Assembly (NCBI GenBank): GCA_003663355.1 | Contig: QMZV01000002.1 | Span: forward strand, 1 to 52,169 | Source: Candidatus Aenigmatarchaeota archaeon | GTDB lineage: Archaea; Aenigmatarchaeota; Aenigmatarchaeia; QMZS01 | Length of the DNA stretch: 52,169 nucleotides | Direction of reading: 5' to 3' | Shown: positions 27,401 to 34,915 of the stretch, in pieces | Numbering within the stretch: the first letter of the stretch is position 1 | Layout: each line of letters begins with the position of its first letter | Notes under the pieces: model-generated | What the model saw: the letters and a program-made list of their open reading frames with translations, nothing else | Database searches by the model: none | Told to the model about the DNA's origin: nothing | Made by a program: the position numbers and the translations under genes

Positions 27401-28984
27401 CTAATCCACCTTTATTTCTTCTATCTTTATATCCATTGGTTCAAGAGGTTTATCAACATTAATTCCTTTTTTAATTGCCCATTTTCTTATACTTCGCACA
27501 ACTAATCTTGAACCTAATTTTGCAATAGGTGCAAAAATCAAAAAGTTTGGCTTCTTTCTAGTTACTCTTTTTAAGCCATGATCTACTTCCCATGCAAGAT
27601 GCTTCCAGGCATGATAAATATGCAGAATCCTTCCTTTTGTAAGATTCTCTTCAATATTAAAGAATTCGTTCTTTTTCAAACTGGCCATTGGAACAAAACT
27701 TAATGGAGTAACAGAGAAATGCGCTTTCTCACCAAGTTTTTCATGTAATTTTTTCTCCATCGTGATTATCAATCTTGCAGTATCAATTTCATCCTCATCA
27801 GTTTCCTGAGGCAGGCCAACTATGGTTGTATATGCCGGAAACCAGTAAAATTTGTTGAATGCATAGGTTCCGTTTAACAAAACCCAAGGCCATTCACTTG
27901 CGCTAAAAGGTTTCATCTTGTTGTTCGCAATCTTTTTTATTAATTCTGGAGAAGCTGTTTCAAATCCAACTTGGATGCCTATCCATTTATTCAAGTTTGC
28001 ATGATTTAATTCGGCAACTCTTTTTAATATTCTTGGCGCAGCAAGAGCTCCAGCTGCAGTTCCATGAGTCGGATTTGCAAAATCAACTTTATTCAAAACA
28101 TGTTCAAATAAATCAATTACTGCATCCTCATTTGGATAAAAATTTTTTCTATCTTCTACCATGTAATTAAATATATCCTCGCTGTGCAACCATGCTTTTC
28201 TTTGCCCAACACTTAGATTTATATCAACTTCTTTCAGTATTTTTTCTATTGGATTAAATCTCGCCATTCTTAAATTTGGGGAACAAAATCTGCATCCTCT
28301 TCCGCAACCTCTCATAACTTCCACCATTCCCTTGTAAGTAGGATTTACAATTGTTGGTATTTCTTCAACCTTCGGCCAGGTATTGATCTTTATAAACTTG
28401 TCCTCCCCTCCTGTTTCTATATTTCTGAAAATATTTCCTATGACATGCTCAACTTCTCCAGATATCACATGGTCTATTTCCAATTCTTCTGTTAAATCTT
28501 GTTTTAATTCTAATTGCCATGCTCCTTGGCTCCCGACAACAATCTTGAATTTATATCCCTTTCTCTTTCTAAAATCCCTCAGCCTTTTTATAAGAGAAGT
28601 AAAGAGATATTTTGAATAAGAGGTTTTCTTTCCTCCTTCTGTGAACATTAAAGTTACTGGCCCTAAACCATAAGGATCCATTGTATTTACTCCAACTATT
28701 GTTGTTTTCTCGTCTATGAATTTCTCAATCTTTTTTGGATGGGCAACAACAACCTCTTCTCTTTTAAAACCGTCTTTGAGAAGCGCGGCTTCTATCTTTC
28801 TTATTGCATAGGGAGCCTTGATTAGTTTTCCATTTTCTTCCGGAAGCTGGGTGTCCAAAATTCTGTAAACAAACTTTGGCACATTTTCAACAGGTGCGCA
28901 CGGTAAAAAATCAAGTAAAGGTATCTCTCTGAAGGTAGATGTTAAACTCTGGTCTGAAGTTAAAACTATTCTCATTTTGATCAC
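27401..28984 (-). CDS. Radical SAM protein with N-terminal B12-binding-like domain
   Basis: MRGCGRGCRFCSP (CxxxCxxC); a Rossmann-like N-terminal region of about 190 aa; 527 aa. It overlaps the PadR gene by 4 nt. Confidence 0.8.
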   Translation of the reverse strand: MIKMRIVLTSDQSLTSTFREIPLLDFLPCAPVENVPKFVYRILDTQLPEENGKLIKAPYAIRKIEAALLKDGFKREEVVVAHPKKIEKFIDEKTTIVGVNTMDPYGLGPVTLMFTEGGKKTSYSKYLFTSLIKRLRDFRKRKGYKFKIVVGSQGAWQLELKQDLTEELEIDHVISGEVEHVIGNIFRNIETGGEDKFIKINTWPKVEEIPTIVNPTYKGMVEVMRGCGRGCRFCSPNLRMARFNPIEKILKEVDINLSVGQRKAWLHSEDIFNYMVEDRKNFYPNEDAVIDLFEHVLNKVDFANPTHGTAAGALAAPRILKRVAELNHANLNKWIGIQVGFETASPELIKKIANNKMKPFSASEWPWVLLNGTYAFNKFYWFPAYTTIVGLPQETDEDEIDTARLIITMEKKLHEKLGEKAHFSVTPLSFVPMASLKKNEFFNIEENLTKGRILHIYHAWKHLAWEVDHGLKRVTRKKPNFLIFAPIAKLGSRLVVRSIRKWAIKKGINVDKPLEPMDIKIEEIKVD

Positions 28985-29484
28985 CTCTTTCTCTCATTAT
29001 CCTTTTTATAATTCTGAATCTGTATTTTATCAACAAGTTTTTTCAGTTTAAGATTCGCATTATTTATTATCTTTATAGCTTTTTGCTCTTTTTCTGATTT
29101 ATCCAGAATCTCGGAAACAAGTTTTAAAGTTTCGCTAAGGCATGGAAATACCATAGAGGTTGTTGTTTTATTTAAAATTTCCAGAAGCTTATTTTTTAAT
29201 TCTGTCTCTATCATTTTTGCTTCTTTAGAAATTTTTAATCCTTTTCTCGTCAATTTGTATTTTTTTCTTCTGCCTTCTCTTATCTCTTTTATAAATCCTC
29301 TCTCCAATAAAGAATGCAAAGTTGGATAAATCGTGCCAGAAGAAGGTTTCCAAAAACCGGTCTTTTCCTTTATTTTTTCCACCAATTTATATCCGTGTAT
29401 TGGCTCTTCTTTTAAAATTGAAAGGATAAAGGATTCTAAAAATCCTGTTGGAACAAATTTTTCCATTTTATATCGAACCGACAT
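28981..29484 (-). CDS. PadR-family transcriptional regulator
   Basis: ILSILKEEPIHGYKLVEKIKEKTGFWKPSSGTIYPTLHSLLERGFI is the PadR wHTH signature. Confidence 0.8.
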   Translation of the reverse strand: MSVRYKMEKFVPTGFLESFILSILKEEPIHGYKLVEKIKEKTGFWKPSSGTIYPTLHSLLERGFIKEIREGRRKKYKLTRKGLKISKEAKMIETELKNKLLEILNKTTTSMVFPCLSETLKLVSEILDKSEKEQKAIKIINNANLKLKKLVDKIQIQNYKKDNERKR

Positions 29485-29522
29485 AATGTTATTAATTTAA
29501 ATTTAATAAAAATATAATGTAT

Positions 29523-30416
29523 CTATTTTGGACCTTTATATTTAAATAAATAAATAAAATCCCTTTTTTCTTCTGGAAGAATGTTTTCTATTTGTTTTTT
29601 TACTTCTTCCTTTGTTTTTCCTGAAGCAATGACAACATCTTCAAAAATTGCAAGATATAGTTTTGATGCAACCCCTAACTTGGAAAGTTTTTTGCTTATT
29701 CTCCTTGTGTTTGACTTGCCAATTTCCTGATAGTAGATTTTAAGCAATGAAGGGTTGTCTCTTAAAATCTGATTTATTTCATCAGCATATTCTATCCTGT
29801 TGTTTTCATTCCTGAGATAATATTTTAGCAACTCTTCTTTTCCTTTTTCTATTATTGGCGAATCTAAAGAGAGAATAATCCCATATTTAACTTTTGCTTC
29901 CTGATAATCTCTTTTAATCTCTCTTAAAATATTCCACCCAAAACAAACATTATAAAAATTAAAGACCCCACAGTAAACTATTTTTCCCTTGAAAGGTAAC
30001 AAAACAGTTTTTACAAGCACAGGCAAATCATTGCCTACAACATTTTCAATTTCATCACAAAGTCCAACAACACCGTAAACTTTTGGCTCATCTTTGTAGG
30101 CCTCAAAGAATACTGAATATTCTTTTAAGTGAGACATTATAAAAAATTCGCCTTTTATAAATTTTCTCCAGCCCTTGAGTACATTAAGTTCTTCCTGATT
30201 AAATTTAAACGGGTTCTCAGCAATAAAAGAATCAATTAATTCAGGATGATCATAAAGTTTTTTGTTGAGTTCTGCTATTTTTTCTGGAGGGTATCCCTTA
30301 TCTTTTAAAACAGGAGAGTTAAATCCTTTTATAACAGGGTATTTCTGGTTTGTATAAAACAGAAGAGAATCATTTAATTTGTAAAATAAGTTTACCTCCT
30401 CCTTTGACAATTTCAT
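29523..30416 (-). CDS. Hypothetical protein (297 aa), partner of the MM3350-like gene
   Basis: The start MKLSKEEV at 30416 overlaps the upstream stop as ATGA. No motif recognised. Confidence 0.6.
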   Translation of the reverse strand: MKLSKEEVNLFYKLNDSLLFYTNQKYPVIKGFNSPVLKDKGYPPEKIAELNKKLYDHPELIDSFIAENPFKFNQEELNVLKGWRKFIKGEFFIMSHLKEYSVFFEAYKDEPKVYGVVGLCDEIENVVGNDLPVLVKTVLLPFKGKIVYCGVFNFYNVCFGWNILREIKRDYQEAKVKYGIILSLDSPIIEKGKEELLKYYLRNENNRIEYADEINQILRDNPSLLKIYYQEIGKSNTRRISKKLSKLGVASKLYLAIFEDVVIASGKTKEEVKKQIENILPEEKRDFIYLFKYKGPK

Positions 30417-30964
30417 ATTCTCACCATCCACAAAAGTAATTTATTAACTTCTTCTAAATTAAATTCCTCGGGGTCAAACTCTCCGCCAATCCACTCTAGC
30501 ATACTTTCATGCTCTTCATGTTTAGGGTCTTTTATAGCTTCTAAAAATTCTTCATAACCATAAACTCCTCCGCAGTCTTCTGGAGGGCAAGCCCTTTTTC
30601 CAGCAATGCAGACCGGATATTTTTTTGAATTGTCTTTTTCAAGGATTTTTTCAACTGTGATTGTGTGTTCCCATCTGTCACCGAAATCATATATATAATA
30701 AAACATTTGTTTTTCTGCTTTTAAAAATTCTGAAAGTTTAACCTCTTTAGAATTTACTACTTCAAACCCTAACTCCTCGTCCGGTTCGCTTATTCTCAAA
30801 CCATATAGTTTAAACTCATACATATGATAATTCTCCCAACCCATTACATTCTGAATAATTTCATGAAGCTCTTCAAAAGTGATGGAATCTTCTACCAAAA
30901 ATCTTCTCCATATTGGTGGTCTTATACCATTCAGTCTGATTTTTAATTGTAATATTTTTGTCAT
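30413..30964 (-). CDS. MM3350-like / plasmid pRiA4b ORF-3-like domain protein
   Basis: LQLKIRLNGIRPPIWRRFLVEDSITFEELHEIIQNVMGWENYHMYEF and C-terminal CPPEDCGG match the PRiA4_ORF3 family pattern. ATG at 30964 (MTKILQLK) is preferred over the GTG at 31009, which lies inside repeat X. Confidence 0.7.
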   Translation of the reverse strand: MTKILQLKIRLNGIRPPIWRRFLVEDSITFEELHEIIQNVMGWENYHMYEFKLYGLRISEPDEELGFEVVNSKEVKLSEFLKAEKQMFYYIYDFGDRWEHTITVEKILEKDNSKKYPVCIAGKRACPPEDCGGVYGYEEFLEAIKDPKHEEHESMLEWIGGEFDPEEFNLEEVNKLLLWMVRI

Positions 30965-30992
30965 AAATATATCTATAAAAAGCATTTGTTTA

Positions 30993-31076
30993 AAACTCAA
31001 GTTTGACACCCCCCTTACAAATCCGCCTGAAAGTTAAAAATTTTGGACTCTACAAAATTTATGTATCAACATTTTA
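30993..31076 (+). repeat. Interspersed repeat, copy X
   Basis: aaCTCAAGTTTGACACcccCCTTAcAAATCC...GTTAAAAATTTTGGaCTCTACAAAATTTATgtATCACATTT-type sequence. See copies at 4535-4611 and 34533-34630. Confidence 0.8.
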
Positions 31077-31262
31077 AGCTTTTTTCAATCCCTTTATTGA
31101 AGAAACTTTGTCGGTATCTCAATCCCCAACTCTTGAAGCATAGTCACTTTTTCCTCTATACGTCTTAATTCCACACACTTTATCTTTTTCAGTTCTCTTT
31201 TCTTCCAATTTTTCTTTCCATTTGAATTCTAAACCAACAAATATAACTTCTCTAACATTAAA

Positions 31263-32033
31263 CTATTTTTGATTCTTTTCTTTTAGGGCTTTCTTTATAA
31301 CATTCAGAACTTCTTCAAATTTAGGGACTTCTCTTACCAATTGTTTTAACTCAATTTCCCAGATTTTCTCTTTTTCAAGAAGTTTTTTCAAGAATTTTGT
31401 TTTATTCCATTCTTCGTTATAATATTTTAGTTTTTCTTTAATTAAGTTCAAATCAAATTCAACACCTTTTCTTAGAAGAAACCACAAATCATAAACATCC
31501 CTCGCTTTGTCTCTTGTTAGAATTGCTCTTACCTTCTCTGCTAAAATTTCTTTTTCATTCATTATTAAAAGGGATATTTTTGGTATCTCTGAATAAATGG
31601 AAATATACTCAGCAATTAATGGTTCTAAATTTATTGAAGATTTTGTATTTATATCCATTCTTATTTGAGATAATGTTTGATTCGTCCCTTTATATAAAGG
31701 TCCTTTAGTTCTTATAATAACAGAATAACTGTTAAAAAATTTTTTCTTGCTTAATATTTTTGCATCCACACCAAAAAGTTCTAAATCAGAAATTATTTTT
31801 TTAATCAAATTATTTATATCCAATTTTTTTCTAAGTGTAAAATCTATATCTTCGCTAAATCTGTCTAATTTGTAAAATTTATATAAACAAGTTCCTCCCT
31901 TAAATACAAGTTCATCTCCAGTCCTTCTTGATATGGACAGTAAGCATAAATCAATCAAATAATCTTTTTCAGTATAACCCAATCTCAATCCTTTTATTCT
32001 TGCTATTTTTCTTAATTCTTCTTCACTTATCAT
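31263..32033 (-). CDS. abiEii: AbiEii/AbiGii-family nucleotidyltransferase toxin (type IV TA, DUF1814)
   Basis: LVFKGGTCLYKFYKLDRFSEDIDFT nucleotidyltransferase core and C-terminal RDVYDLWFL are typical of AbiEii. Confidence 0.8.
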   Translation of the reverse strand: MISEEELRKIARIKGLRLGYTEKDYLIDLCLLSISRRTGDELVFKGGTCLYKFYKLDRFSEDIDFTLRKKLDINNLIKKIISDLELFGVDAKILSKKKFFNSYSVIIRTKGPLYKGTNQTLSQIRMDINTKSSINLEPLIAEYISIYSEIPKISLLIMNEKEILAEKVRAILTRDKARDVYDLWFLLRKGVEFDLNLIKEKLKYYNEEWNKTKFLKKLLEKEKIWEIELKQLVREVPKFEEVLNVIKKALKEKNQK

Positions 32034-32722
32034 ATTGACCTATTCACAATAATTTTCCACTCATTATTTTTCTCTCCTTTTTCTTTAAACATTGGATCCA
32101 GTAAAATATAGTTATAATCTATATATTTTTTTAGTACTTCGCATTTATAACCTTCTCTCTCAAGTAAGAACCCCAATCTCTTTATTAATGCTTTATTTTT
32201 TGTTTTTATAGCATATTTTATAAGTTTATTGTTATCTATTATCCTGCTCTTTATAGCTTTTATAATCTCATCCAGAGGAACATTTTTTATTAGTAAACTA
32301 TCTATTATTGCCTTTTCCTTATCAGCAATAAAAATATAAAATTCTCCATATCTTTCTTTTCTATAACCAAAAAAAGTCTTCATTTTTATAAATTTTATTT
32401 TATTTCCCAGAAAATTTATCTCATCTCTTGCTTTCTTTGTAGCTATTGTTATTTCATTTGGCAATTGCTCAGTAAAATTATAAAATCTTAAAGCAGTCCA
32501 AAAACTTATGTAAGAAGGTAATTGAATATAAGAAGCAAATATTAAAGGGTCTTCATGTAAAGTATACTTGCCTTTTTCTATTTTATAAATTATATTCTCT
32601 TTTCTTAATCTATAAAGTAATGTCCTTGCATATTCTCTTCTTTTTTTTGTAATTCTTATAAAGTCATTAAAGGTGAATAATGGATAAATTTTCAATTTAT
32701 CTATTAATTGAATTTTGTTCAT
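32030..32722 (-). CDS. abiEi: AbiEi-family antitoxin / wHTH transcriptional regulator
   Basis: N-terminal wHTH (FTFNDFIRITKKRREYARTLLYRLRKENIIYKIEKGKY) followed by ISFWTALRFY. It overlaps abiEii by 4 nt, the canonical operon order. Confidence 0.7.
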   Translation of the reverse strand: MNKIQLIDKLKIYPLFTFNDFIRITKKRREYARTLLYRLRKENIIYKIEKGKYTLHEDPLIFASYIQLPSYISFWTALRFYNFTEQLPNEITIATKKARDEINFLGNKIKFIKMKTFFGYRKERYGEFYIFIADKEKAIIDSLLIKNVPLDEIIKAIKSRIIDNNKLIKYAIKTKNKALIKRLGFLLEREGYKCEVLKKYIDYNYILLDPMFKEKGEKNNEWKIIVNRSI

Positions 32723-32804
32723 AATTAATATTTTGTTTATTTATAATAATCAAATTTGATTATTTTAGTAGATTGGAATATGAATTTCTCAAAGTTACCT
32801 GCAT

Positions 32805-32981
32805 TTAAATTTTCTTTTTATAAAGACCAGATTCAATATCTTTTTCTCCCAAAACCCAACCCAAAGCATCCATAACTCCCTTATAATATACACTAGCTCG
32901 CATATCTAATTTATTCTGGGCTTTCTCTCGCTCTTCCCTTGCATATTCTATAAATTTTCTAATTTCTTCTTCACTTCTCAT
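32805..32981 (-). CDS. Possible 58-aa protein
   Basis: Own translation MRSEEEIRKFIEYAREEREKAQNKLDMRASVYYKGVMDALGWVLGEKDIESGLYKKKI. It lies upstream of abiEi on the same strand and is below the track cutoff. Confidence 0.3.
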   Translation of the reverse strand: MRSEEEIRKFIEYAREEREKAQNKLDMRASVYYKGVMDALGWVLGEKDIESGLYKKKI

Positions 32982-32989
32982 AATCTTAT

Positions 32990-33091
32990 TTAAAATAGAT
33001 AATTTTTAATCTCTTCTTCGCTCCAGCCTTTCTCTTTTAATTCTTCTTCAATATTTTCTCTAACTTGACACCGATACTCTAATTCCATCAT
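32990..33091 (-). CDS. Possible 33-aa peptide
   Basis: Own translation MMELEYRCQVRENIEEELKEKGWSEEEIKNYLF. It ends 8 nt before the next small ORF and shares SEEEI(K/R) with it. Confidence 0.2.
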   Translation of the reverse strand: MMELEYRCQVRENIEEELKEKGWSEEEIKNYLF

Positions 33092-33292
33092 CCCCCAAAC
33101 AAAAAATAATTCGCACATAATTATATAAGTAGGCAAGAATTTTTATGCAATTATTTCATGAATTTTCATATTGGTCTTAAACAATATTTATTGCCACTAC
33201 GAAAAATTTCAATCCAACATTAGTCCACTTATAACTTGTAATATAGAAGTTTACTTTCATTATTTTTTTAGTAGAGAGTAAATATAAGTAAG

Positions 33293-33333
33293 TTGTCAGT
33301 TTATTGACAAAATATATTTAAATAATTGTCAGT
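33293..33333 (+). promoter_or_regulatory. Operator-like dyad TTGTCA-N6-TGACAA plus a second TTGTCAGT half-site flanking a TATA-like stretch
   Basis: TTGTCAGTTTATTGACAA at 33293-33310, ATATATTTAAATAA, then TTGTCAGT at 33326-33333, 5 bp before the ATPase ATG (33339). Confidence 0.4.
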
Positions 33334-33338
33334 ATATT

Positions 33339-34559
33339 ATGGAATATCTTTTTTTTAAACATAATCCTTGGTGGGAATACAAAAATTGGGAAAGTAAAGA
33401 CAAAAATATTAGAGATTTTAATTCAATGGATATAAAATGGATTCCTTCATGGATTGATGAAATCTCCTTAAAACCTTTTTCTCTGAATTTTATTATTGGT
33501 CCAAGACAAGTTGGTAAAACAACAGGCATCAAATTATTAATTAAAAATCTGCTAAAAAAGGTAAACAATCCTTACAGCATATTCTATTTTAATTGTGACT
33601 TTCTTTCCGATATAAAAGATTTAATTAATTTGATTGAAAATTATTTAAAGATAAAAGAATCCGAGAAAATAAAAACTTCTTTTATCTTTTTGGATGAAAT
33701 TACATCTTTAGAATATTGGTGGAAGCCAATAAAGGGATTTATAGATGTGGGAATTTTTGATAAAGATATATTAGTAATTTCAGGTTCTTCAAGCATAAGA
33801 ACAAAAAAGTATTCTGAATCTTTTCCTGGCAGAAGAGGTAGAGGAAAAAATATCACTGTTTTACCTCTTTCTTTTTTTGAATATTTAAAAGTTCATAATA
33901 CAGATATAAAGAAAAGTAATGAATTTCAAATTAGAGGATTATTCAAAAAATATTTAAGTACGGGTGGTTTTCCAAAGAGTATAAATAAAGTTGAATTTGA
34001 AGAAGAATTGGTAAAAAGCATAGAAAGAGAAATTTTTAATGTTGGTAAAGATGTAGAGTTATTTAGAAAAATAATTCTGAAAATTATAGAAAAATTACCT
34101 TCTTCTTTTTCTTATAATATTATCTCCTCTAATTTAGGAATTTCTCACAATACTGTAAGAGATTATATGCAAACTATGGAAGATTTGTTTATTTTAAAAA
34201 TAATTTACTGGAAATATGGAAAAGAAATAGAGTTTAGAAAAGATAAAAAAATATGTTTTAGAGATCCGTATCTAGTAAAAGCATTTTGTAATGTGTACGG
34301 TTGTTCTTTAAGGGAGGATTTTTTATATGAAAATATAGTTCAGGAGCATTTATTTAGAAAATTTGGAGAGATTTACTACTTTAAGAATAAGTTTGAGATT
34401 GATTGTATTGCTAAGAATTTAAAGATAGAAGTGAAAGCAGGTAAACCGCATAGAAAATATCCTAAAGGTGTTTTAATTTTAGATAAAGAAAGAATTCCCA
34501 GATTTTTAGTAGATATCTATTCGGAGAAGCAGAATTCAAACTCAACTTTGACACTTTGA
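33339..34559 (+). CDS. AAA+ ATPase of the AAA_14/DUF4143 type (second copy in window)
   Basis: Walker A GPRQVGKTTG, Walker B IFLDEITSL, STGGFP and a later wHTH-like SHNTVRDYMQTMEDLFIL. Same architecture as 16593-17795. Confidence 0.8.
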   Translation: MEYLFFKHNPWWEYKNWESKDKNIRDFNSMDIKWIPSWIDEISLKPFSLNFIIGPRQVGKTTGIKLLIKNLLKKVNNPYSIFYFNCDFLSDIKDLINLIENYLKIKESEKIKTSFIFLDEITSLEYWWKPIKGFIDVGIFDKDILVISGSSSIRTKKYSESFPGRRGRGKNITVLPLSFFEYLKVHNTDIKKSNEFQIRGLFKKYLSTGGFPKSINKVEFEEELVKSIEREIFNVGKDVELFRKIILKIIEKLPSSFSYNIISSNLGISHNTVRDYMQTMEDLFILKIIYWKYGKEIEFRKDKKICFRDPYLVKAFCNVYGCSLREDFLYENIVQEHLFRKFGEIYYFKNKFEIDCIAKNLKIEVKAGKPHRKYPKGVLILDKERIPRFLVDIYSEKQNSNSTLTL

Positions 34560-34700
34560 GTCTAAAACCCCCTTAAATCTCCAAATTCTTAAAAATGTAA
34601 GGACGAAAATTTTGCCTATAAAAAAATCTGGGTTTAAACAAGGGTTTTGTTGAGTTTTATTAGGGTTTAGAGAGATGGGTTTAAAAGTGTCAAACTTGGG
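34533..34700 (+). repeat. Interspersed repeat copy Y, with a 14-bp inverted-repeat pair delimiting a MITE-sized 160-bp segment
   Basis: CTCAACTTTGACAC (34541-34554) and its inverted partner GTGTCAAACTTGGG (34687-34700). The interior contains CCCCCTTAAATCTCC, GAAAATTTTGCC and GGGTTTTGTTGAGTTTTAT (34642-34660). The left end overlaps the ATPase stop. Confidence 0.7.
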
Positions 34701-34836
34701 ATAAAACATCTAGTTTCTTTATTAGTTCTATTGTTTTCATAATATTCTTAATTTATATATTTAAAATTATCAAAATTGATAATTATGTATTTGTTTTATA
34801 AGAATTAGAACATTGCTTGTGGGTTATCCATTAAAG

Positions 34837-34899
34837 ATTATTACGGTGTTATAATTTAATAAAAAAGAGTTGGTTTGTGAATTATTACACTGTTATAAT
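34837..34899 (+). promoter_or_regulatory. Paired near-palindromic boxes (ATTATTACGGTGTTATAAT, 25-bp spacer, ATTATTACACTGTTATAAT)
   Basis: Boxes at 34837-34855 and 34881-34899. The whole 63-bp module is nearly identical to 49961-50025. Confidence 0.75.
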
Positions 34900-34915
34900 T
34901 TTAATGTCAATAAAA

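Noticed and set aside
27274-27462. Track ORF 27274..27462 (+)
   Set aside because: It starts with a non-ATG codon, is low-complexity and runs antisense into the 3' end of the radical SAM gene.
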